The notes below the pieces were generated by a model. It saw only the letters and a program-made list of their open reading frames with translations, was not told the DNA's origin and ran no database searches. Positions 8,667 through 14,638 of a stretch of DNA of 53,811 nucleotides are shown here, piece after piece; the first letter of the stretch is position 1, and the number at the start of each line of letters is the position of its first letter. The DNA lies in the IMG/VR virus record IMGVR_UViG_3300045051_000148; one strand, 5' to 3'. Position numbers and translations under genes: made by a program. This DNA is from a virus.

Positions 8667-8912
8667 TCAATCGCGATCGTGTATTGGCGCTTTGAGGTTG
8701 TCGATCTTGCGCTCAAGCCGATCGAACCGGTCCATGAGCTGTTGCATATCCGCACGAAACTCGCTGCGGGTGATGTGATCGCGCGCGATTTCCTCACGCG
8801 TCTTGTTGAGCAAGATGCTGATGCGCTGAAGCTCTGAGAATTTCTCTTTCACGACAAATCCAAGCAAAGCGACGATCGCTGTCAGTACGATGTTCCAGAC
8901 CATCATTTCCAT
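8667..8912 (-). CDS. Small membrane-anchored coiled-coil protein (low-GC moron)
   Basis: 81 aa, GGAGG SD. N-terminal TM (VWNIVLTAIVALLGFVV) followed by a charged helical tail. Local GC is clearly lower (8821-8880 has 28/60 G+C). Confidence 0.6.
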   Translation of the reverse strand: MEMMVWNIVLTAIVALLGFVVKEKFSELQRISILLNKTREEIARDHITRSEFRADMQQLMDRFDRLERKIDNLKAPIHDRD

Positions 8913-8938
8913 GACGCCAAACCTCCAGCGTCAAAGAG

Positions 8939-9202
8939 TCAGGTGTAAGCGATGTTCACAGTCCCGGCAGCAACAACCACCAGGCCGTTGTTTGCCGCGA
9001 TACCGTGGCTGGCCCAAGTGGCAATCTCACCGACCACCATGGTCTTGGTGTAGAGAATGTTTCCACTGGCTGCAGACGCGCTGTCGTAGACCGTAACCGC
9101 GCCTGCAACGATGCAGGTCACGGAAAACAGTCCGGCGGGAGTTGGCTTGATCACAGCGGTTGCGGCTGCAACCTGCTGATAGCCTAGTTTGTCGGTCATC
9201 AT
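8939..9202 (-). CDS. Small beta-rich head-module protein
   Basis: 87 aa, AGGAG SD, Ala/Val/Gly/Thr-rich. Downstream of the capsid gene. Confidence 0.6.
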   Translation of the reverse strand: MMTDKLGYQQVAAATAVIKPTPAGLFSVTCIVAGAVTVYDSASAASGNILYTKTMVVGEIATWASHGIAANNGLVVVAAGTVNIAYT

Positions 9203-9228
9203 GATTTGATCTCCTGGTTTGAATGAAA

Positions 9229-9246
9229 CCCCGCCGTCAAGCGGGG
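9229..9246 (-). terminator. Rho-independent terminator candidate
   Basis: Minus strand CCCCGC-TTGACG-GCGGGG followed by TTTCATTCAAA, 20 nt after the stop of the 69-aa gene. Confidence 0.5.
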
Positions 9247-9265
9247 TGCGTCATGACGCAGGAAA

Positions 9266-9475
9266 TCAGCTCAAAGCCGCGCCAACGGCAGTCACCCAAG
9301 CAGAGCCGGTGTTGATCACCAAGCAGAACTCATTGTTGCCCGCGCCATTGTCGGAAATGATGTAAACGGTACCAACAGGAAGGCTGGTGACAGCCGGGAG
9401 GTTGGCAGTTGTAACGACCGGAAAGTCAAAACCGGCCAAAGATGCAACCGGGCCGGAAAAAGTGGTTTGAGCCAT
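9266..9475 (-). CDS. Small beta-rich head-module protein
   Basis: 69 aa, GAGGA SD. Sits between two terminator-like hairpins just downstream of the capsid gene. Confidence 0.6.
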   Translation of the reverse strand: MAQTTFSGPVASLAGFDFPVVTTANLPAVTSLPVGTVYIISDNGAGNNEFCLVINTGSAWVTAVGAALS

Positions 9476-9567
9476 GATGTGTCCTCACATGCGAGTTGTG
9501 CGCAGCCGTCTGCATGTCGTCGGCCAGGGCGGGCCGTCTGCTGCGCTAAATTGAAGGTGCCCAACAA

Positions 9568-9592
9568 AGCCCCCGCCTTGTGAGCAGGGGCT
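9568..9592 (-). terminator. Rho-independent terminator candidate after major capsid gene
   Basis: Minus strand AGCCCC-TGCTCACAAGGCG-GGGGCT followed by TTGTTGGG, 13 nt after the capsid stop. This is the usual position for a partial terminator after a highly expressed capsid gene. Confidence 0.5.
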
Positions 9593-9604
9593 TCAGTTGG
9601 CATC

Positions 9605-10519
9605 TTAGACGCCAGCGGTACCGAACACGGCGCGTGGGTCAGTCCAGCCCAGAGCGTAACGCTCGGTGGCCTTGTAACGCATGCTGTCGGTTTCGAAGTC
9701 GCCTTCCATGGACTTTTCCAGACCACGGCGCATCATCAGCTTCAGACCTTCGGGAGCGTCGGTCTGCACCCACCAGGCGGTGGTGCTGGTGATACGAGAC
9801 AGGTTGGCTTGGCCTTCGGCCAGCAGACCCATCGACTTCACAGGGTTGATGTCGTTGTCGGCGGTGCCGGTGCGCAGCACAGACTTCAACAGGACCTCAG
9901 CCTGGAACACGTTGGAAGGACCGGAGACGATCTTCTTGGGTGTCAGGCGGATACGCTTGCCGTTGTTGTCAACAGCGTTGCGAATCTGAATGAGGATCTG
10001 CTCGAGCGAGGTCTGAGACAGAGCGGCGGCGGTGGCCAGCTGGTTGCTGAACGTGCCGTTGACGATCGGGTGAGCCGTGGAAACCAAGGACACGCCGTCA
10101 CCACCGGTATACGCGCCGTTGAAAGCGCGGTTCAGGATGTTGGCTGCCAAGGTCTCTTTGGTCTCGATCAGGGACTGCGCCAGGTGCTTGGCGTAGGTCT
10201 GACCGATACGGATGTGGTCGCCGTCTTCAACCAGAACTTTGGTCAAAGCGAAGGCCAAGCCGTACACCTTGTAGAGGTAGCGCTGCAGGAACAGGACGCC
10301 ACCGGATTGGTAGGTCACTGCCATGCCGTCAGGCAGCTCAGGCGCAGCACCGAAGCCGTACAAGACGGGCTCTTCGTGGTAGTTGCGTGGGATGCCTTTT
10401 TGCTCGCGGAACACTTGTTTCCACTCGTCAGCACGCTGCTCATAAACGCCGTCGAACACTTCGTTCAGGATCGGCTCAACAACGGACCGGAAGTCCGTAC
10501 TACGCATTGGGGTTGCCAT
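9605..10519 (-). CDS. Major capsid protein (HK97-fold type)
   Basis: 304 aa with the strongest SD in the window (AAGGAGGG). Size, position after the scaffold-like genes and overall sequence character (...HPIVNGTFSNQLA...LSQTSLEQILIQIRNAVDNNGKRIRLTPKKIV...NDINPVK...) fit capsid proteins. Followed by a terminator. Confidence 0.8.
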   Translation of the reverse strand: MATPMRSTDFRSVVEPILNEVFDGVYEQRADEWKQVFREQKGIPRNYHEEPVLYGFGAAPELPDGMAVTYQSGGVLFLQRYLYKVYGLAFALTKVLVEDGDHIRIGQTYAKHLAQSLIETKETLAANILNRAFNGAYTGGDGVSLVSTAHPIVNGTFSNQLATAAALSQTSLEQILIQIRNAVDNNGKRIRLTPKKIVSGPSNVFQAEVLLKSVLRTGTADNDINPVKSMGLLAEGQANLSRITSTTAWWVQTDAPEGLKLMMRRGLEKSMEGDFETDSMRYKATERYALGWTDPRAVFGTAGV

Positions 10520-10532
10520 GTTTCAGCCCTCC

Positions 10533-11132
10533 TTAGATGCTGTTGACGGCTGCTTTGTAGGCGTGTTCGTTGATGCGAACAGTGGCCGTGACATAAGCGT
10601 CAGTCAGCGAGTCGTTGATGTTGTATCCGAAGCCGGTGATCTGGAACTGGCCAGATGTGGTTTGGATGGCGGTGAGTTGTGTGTTGGACAAGCCCGTCTG
10701 GGTGCTGCCGCCAGGGGAGGCAACAGTCCAGTCGCACTCTTCGCCCACTGCGGTTTGCACCGTGGTGGAGCCAGGAGTACCTGGGTTGGTGTACTGCACA
10801 TCAAACAGCGTTTCTGGATCGTCGTACACCCAGGCGATGATGTTGGTCGCCGTGACGCCGGAGGGCCAGAAGGGGCTGATGGTGGGGCGGCCAGTGGCAT
10901 CGTTGTACTGGCAACCGGCGAAGATACCCAGGAGGGTAACGCCGTCAGTGGTGCCAGAACGGGTGCCGTCAGAGGTGCCCAGTTGAATAACACCAGCGTC
11001 AGTCAGCTTCACGGGGTCGCCCGAGAAGATGTTGGCGGCGTAGGTGCTCGCGATCGTGTAGGCTTTCGGGCGCATTTGACCACTGTTGTGGTACGAGGCA
11101 CGGAAGCCAAAAGGTGCGCTAGTCGAGGACAT
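10533..11132 (-). CDS. Head-module protein (possible decoration/auxiliary capsid protein)
   Basis: 199 aa, AAGGAG SD, immediately upstream of the capsid gene. MSSTSAPFGFRASYHNSGQ...IFSGDPVKL... is beta-rich. Function is inferred from position only. Confidence 0.65.
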   Translation of the reverse strand: MSSTSAPFGFRASYHNSGQMRPKAYTIASTYAANIFSGDPVKLTDAGVIQLGTSDGTRSGTTDGVTLLGIFAGCQYNDATGRPTISPFWPSGVTATNIIAWVYDDPETLFDVQYTNPGTPGSTTVQTAVGEECDWTVASPGGSTQTGLSNTQLTAIQTTSGQFQITGFGYNINDSLTDAYVTATVRINEHAYKAAVNSI

Positions 11133-11170
11133 AGTGCGGACTCCTTATGGGGTTGAATGGACTGAACTGT

Positions 11171-11701
11171 TCAGGTCAGCTCGAACTGAGCGGACCGTCT
11201 TTGTCCAATTTCCGTCATGCCGTCACCCGCATCCATACGCGAGCCAGAGGCGCGCGCTTGCTGCTCCATGAACTCCGCCGTGTCGGTCAGCTTTTCCTCT
11301 TCGCGCAGCGGCGCATCGTGGTGAGCTTCCTGCATGTACTTCTCGTACAGGCTGATCGGGAGTTTGAAAGCAAGCATCTCGTTGACGCCGATGAAGCCTT
11401 GCCACTCACCGGTTTTCACGGTGACGTAGTCCCAGCCAGGCACGTCGCTTGGCTTCAGAGGCTCATAACCCAGACGCATACGCATGTGGATGGAGTCACG
11501 AGGGTTCGAGGTGGTCAGCCAGCAGCAATGCCAGCCGTCGAGTTTGGGCAAGTCCGGAAGTGAGGACTGGTGGAACTGCTGTCGGAACATTTCAACCCGC
11601 TCATCATCGGACAGAGCACGTGATTCGGATACGGCGCGATCTACCATTGCGCGGTTATCACGGTTGTCACCAGCGGATTTCTTAAGGCGTTCGTCAGACA
11701 T
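11171..11701 (-). CDS. Head-module hypothetical protein
   Basis: 176 aa, CTGAAAGGAGC SD motif. Lies between the scaffold-like and capsid genes. No motif recognised. Confidence 0.7.
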   Translation of the reverse strand: MSDERLKKSAGDNRDNRAMVDRAVSESRALSDDERVEMFRQQFHQSSLPDLPKLDGWHCCWLTTSNPRDSIHMRMRLGYEPLKPSDVPGWDYVTVKTGEWQGFIGVNEMLAFKLPISLYEKYMQEAHHDAPLREEEKLTDTAEFMEQQARASGSRMDAGDGMTEIGQRRSAQFELT

Positions 11702-11729
11702 TTCTCGCTCCTTTCAGCGATTGGGAAAA

Positions 11730-11757
11730 ATTATAGGTTGAATTTGGAAAAACACAA
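11730..11757 (-). promoter_or_regulatory. Sigma-70-like promoter candidate
   Basis: Minus strand TTGTGT-16 nt-TATAAT in the AT-rich 65-bp gap upstream of the 176-aa gene. It shares the extended -10 CCTATAAT with the site at 661. Confidence 0.3.
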
Positions 11758-11766
11758 CGCGTTTTT

Positions 11767-12765
11767 TTACGCGCGGTTGTTGCGGTCGTATTCCGCATAG
11801 CGTTTCACGTACTTCATGCGAAGCACGGGATCGTCCCAGACACCGGCATCGATCAGCGCTTGCTTGCGCTCGGGGCTGATGTAGACCTCGGTCCGGGTAC
11901 TTGTCGGCGCGTGCTCGCGGCCAGAGCCGATGGCAGGGCCGCCGCGTTGCTGGCGCTGAGGCTGCTGAGACTGTTGCGACTGCTGGCGCTGGCTGCCCTG
12001 GCCGGAGCCGGACTGCTTGAAGCGCTCAGGCAGGCGGCGTGCCGCACGCTCGCGCAGCTCGTCCCAGTACTCCTCGGTGTCCGGGCGGAAGCCCTCGCGG
12101 TGCAGAGCGCCGTCGATGGCCAGCACGATGGCGCTGTCCTCGTCGCCGCCTTTGATGTCGTACCAGGGGTTTTGGTTGATGAACTCCTTGGCGAAGTGCA
12201 CCGACATGTCGTCCAGGCCGTCGTTCTTGGGCTGGGCTGCCTGGCGTTGGACCATCGCCTGCTGCTTGGCGTAGGCCAGCTGCTGTGCTTTCTGCAAGGC
12301 CTGATCGCGATAGCGCATGGCTTGCGTGACGTCCTCGCCGTTGCCAGCGGCCACCGCCTTGGCGATCACTCGCTCAGCCATCTCCGCTTCGTTCTTGGCA
12401 TTGGCGATCTGCGCATCGATCTGCGACAGGTCAGCCTGGTGCGTGCGCTGCTCGACGGTGCCAAGGCGGCGCTCGAGATCGTCGTTGCGCTTGCGCAAGA
12501 AGTCCAGCTCCAGCTTGTCGCGCTTGATCGCCTGCTCGCGGCGCTCCTTGCGTTCGAGCTTTTCCAGGCGGCGGCGCTCGCGGATCGCCTCACGCTCGGC
12601 GTCGTTGCCGTCGTTGTGGCCATCGTCGTCGTTGCCAGACAGTCGCTCGTCGTCTTCGTGGCCGTCGTCGTTGTCGTCTTGGTTTTGGTTGCCGTTGGGC
12701 TGGTCCTCGACGATGACGATTTCTTCGTTGTTGGGATTGCTGTCGTCTTCAGTCAATGTTGGCAT
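11767..12765 (-). CDS. Acidic coiled-coil protein, scaffold-like
   Basis: 332 aa. N-terminal D/E/N-rich tract, then charged heptad-like region (RERRRLEKLERKERREQAIKRDKLELDFLRKRNDDLERRL) and a Q-rich tail. Its position between portal and capsid fits a scaffolding protein. Confidence 0.6.
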   Translation of the reverse strand: MPTLTEDDSNPNNEEIVIVEDQPNGNQNQDDNDDGHEDDERLSGNDDDGHNDGNDAEREAIRERRRLEKLERKERREQAIKRDKLELDFLRKRNDDLERRLGTVEQRTHQADLSQIDAQIANAKNEAEMAERVIAKAVAAGNGEDVTQAMRYRDQALQKAQQLAYAKQQAMVQRQAAQPKNDGLDDMSVHFAKEFINQNPWYDIKGGDEDSAIVLAIDGALHREGFRPDTEEYWDELRERAARRLPERFKQSGSGQGSQRQQSQQSQQPQRQQRGGPAIGSGREHAPTSTRTEVYISPERKQALIDAGVWDDPVLRMKYVKRYAEYDRNNRA

Positions 12766-12793
12766 GGTCTGCTCCTTTCAGCAGGATGGTTGG

Positions 12794-13192
12794 TTAAACA
12801 AGGGCGTGCTCATTGAGCTTGGACTTGAGCTCGTAGCCCATGAGCGGCCAGATTTTCTGCACGGCGTTGGCGCGAGCAACCTTGCGGCCGATCTCGGCGT
12901 CAAAGTTCTCGGGGCTGGCGCAGGCCGACTCGCCGGTGACGGTGAAGCCGTTTTTCAGCACCAGCACGCAAAAGGTCAACAGGTCGAGTGGAGCCTTTGC
13001 GTTTTCAAACGAGCCGACAACGATTTCGGGCGAGTGCTCTTTGGCTTGCGCAATCACAGCGCCGAGCGTGCCTTGGGCGGCTGTGAAGTAAACCTCCTCA
13101 AAGATGTTGGCCTCGATGTCGGCAGGTGTGATGCGCGGGGCAGTCTTGCCTTTGGCTTGGATTTCAGCTTCGATTTGTGCGTCGGTGGTCAT
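12794..13192 (-). CDS. N4 gp49 / Sf6 gp66 family protein
   Basis: 132 aa. ...ITPADIEANIFEEVYFTA...LTFCVLVLKNGFTVTGESACASPENFDAEIGRKVARANAVQKIWPLMGYELK is the hallmark of the Phage_gp49_66 family as I recall it. Confidence 0.8.
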   Translation of the reverse strand: MTTDAQIEAEIQAKGKTAPRITPADIEANIFEEVYFTAAQGTLGAVIAQAKEHSPEIVVGSFENAKAPLDLLTFCVLVLKNGFTVTGESACASPENFDAEIGRKVARANAVQKIWPLMGYELKSKLNEHALV

Positions 13193-13551
13193 GATGCGTC
13201 CTTTGTGGGTGAGGTTGGGCGCAGGGCGTGCACCACTGCGCGGAAGATGAAGTCCTTGGCTTGCTGAGCTTGGGGCAGCATGTCAAATGGAACGATGCAG
13301 TGATGCGTCTTAGCCTCGGGGTCTTTGACTGGGCCATACACCCAGCCATCGGCAACCTTTTGCGCCATCCAACTTTCGTGGCTGGCTTCGGGTCCGACGT
13401 TGTTGTCGCAGTGCAGGTTCACGCCCATCATGGCGCTGTCTCGCTGCCACTGCGGTGCATCTTCCCAGGCTGGCTGGCTCATGTCGCCCAGGGCTTCGCA
13501 GTAGGCTCGGTTCACCTCATGGCAAACGCGGGCGATCTGTTCGCGGTTCAT
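13189..13551 (-). CDS. RyR-domain protein
   Basis: Track ORF trimmed to ATG 13551 (ATGA overlap). 120 aa. SHESWMAQKVADGWVYGPVKDPEAKTHHCIVPFDMLPQAQQAKD fits the ryanodine-receptor repeat domain signature (HE.W...K...GW.YG...D...K.H..LVP...LP...K..D). Confidence 0.75.
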   Translation of the reverse strand: MNREQIARVCHEVNRAYCEALGDMSQPAWEDAPQWQRDSAMMGVNLHCDNNVGPEASHESWMAQKVADGWVYGPVKDPEAKTHHCIVPFDMLPQAQQAKDFIFRAVVHALRPTSPTKDAS

Positions 13552-13793
13552 GAGTGGCTCCAAGTGATGGCCTTGACAGCCCACATCTGAGCGGTTTGTG
13601 CTTCTGTGATTGCGATGCTGAGCATGCGTTTGACTTCGGCGTCAGTTGCTTCTTGGCGGCGGAGGTTCAGGTTGTCCACCAAATTGGCGAACTCCTGCTT
13701 CACGAGTGCCACGGACAAATTGCCGCCAGGGTTGAACGACACGCCACAGGCTTTTTCGCCAAATGTAAATTCACGGTTTGGTGTTTCGGTCAT
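13548..13793 (-). CDS. Small helical phage protein (possibly Acb2/Vs.4-like; unverified)
   Basis: 81 aa. ...FTFGEKACGVSFNPGGN...VDNL...EAQTAQMWAVKAITW. The motifs recall a widespread small phage family. The assignment is from memory only. Confidence 0.7.
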   Translation of the reverse strand: MTETPNREFTFGEKACGVSFNPGGNLSVALVKQEFANLVDNLNLRRQEATDAEVKRMLSIAITEAQTAQMWAVKAITWSHS

Positions 13794-13805
13794 GTCAGTC
13801 CCCCG

Positions 13806-14216
13806 TCAGATGAAAGCACGGATGGCCAGCGGGTCGCCGGTCACCTGGCCGATGATGTCCAGATCGTTGAAGATCACGAACAGGGCGGACTCGCCGTTGG
13901 GAAGCGGCACCTCCCAGCGGTCGCCGCCGTATTTCGGCACGCGAACGTAGTCGCCCGGGCTGCACCAGCTGCCTTCGGGCCAGGGGTCCATGGTGTTTCG
14001 GTTCTTAAAGGCAAGGGTCCCAACGGAGACGACGCGCGCCACCTGGGTGTTCCACTTCTCGGTGTCCCGAGAGCCGTTGTCAATGATGATTCCGGATGCC
14101 GTTTTGGTCTTGGGGGTGCGGATCTGCACCAAGACTCGGCTCCCGAATGGGACGATCCCAGGATTCGCCTCGGGGAAGGCTTCTCGCATCGCTTCAATCA
14201 GCGCGTCAGCTGTCAT
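13806..14216 (-). CDS. GroES/Cpn10-like co-chaperonin
   Basis: 136 aa. PFGSRVLVQIRTPKTKTASGIIID...ARVVSVG...PGDYVRVP...FVIFNDLDIIGQV parallels the GroES pattern (P..DRV.V....E.KT..GI......G.V.AVG......GD.V.......I....DIL). Confidence 0.75.
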   Translation of the reverse strand: MTADALIEAMREAFPEANPGIVPFGSRVLVQIRTPKTKTASGIIIDNGSRDTEKWNTQVARVVSVGTLAFKNRNTMDPWPEGSWCSPGDYVRVPKYGGDRWEVPLPNGESALFVIFNDLDIIGQVTGDPLAIRAFI

Positions 14217-14289
14217 CTTCTGCTCCTTTCAGCAGGTGTACGGCGGCCACAACGGCCGCCATCAAAAAATCTTCACAGACCAGTGCAAA

Positions 14290-14487
14290 TCACAGGTCTC
14301 GGTCGCCGTTTCGCTCGTCGTTCAGAAGGTCAAGCAGGGCTTTGATGGCTGCTTCGTAACCAGCAACCATGCCCACTCGGTATCCGTACTCGAAAGCGTC
14401 CCGATCGACCGGGCGCTTGAGGGCTTCAAGCGCGAAAACCTGCTGGTCAGCCTTGAGCTTGCCGAGCAGGCGGTCTTCGATGGCCAT
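14290..14487 (-). CDS. Hypothetical protein
   Basis: 65 aa ORF with ATG start and helical character. Followed by a GGCGGCC-N5-GGCCGCC stem-loop. Confidence 0.55.
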   Translation of the reverse strand: MAIEDRLLGKLKADQQVFALEALKRPVDRDAFEYGYRVGMVAGYEAAIKALLDLLNDERNGDRDL

Positions 14488-14625
14488 TTAGCAGGGCGTC
14501 TTGGGCATCGATGGGGCGGCCGGGGTCGTTTGGCCGTTCACTGGCTGGCCAGCGGCCATGCGGTGGTGCTGTTTGACCAGCGCGCCAGTCATCGGGACGG
14601 TGCCGGGGGTGGGTTTGTCGCTCAT
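14488..14625 (-). CDS. Hypothetical 45-aa miniprotein
   Basis: Hand translation MSDKPTPGTVPMTGALVKQHHRMAAGQPVNGQTTPAAPSMPKTPC. GGAG SD. Its stop abuts the next start (TAAATG). Fills the gap after the portal gene. Low-complexity sequence. Confidence 0.35.
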   Translation of the reverse strand: MSDKPTPGTVPMTGALVKQHHRMAAGQPVNGQTTPAAPSMPKTPC

Positions 14626-14638
14626 GGTGGGCTCCATT

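Noticed and set aside
11767-12765. Acidic N-terminus of the 332-aa protein as a DNA-mimic anti-restriction protein (Ocr/ArdA-like)
   Set aside because: The long basic/acidic coiled coil and the position between portal and capsid genes fit a scaffolding protein better. There is no similarity to known DNA mimics that I could recognise.
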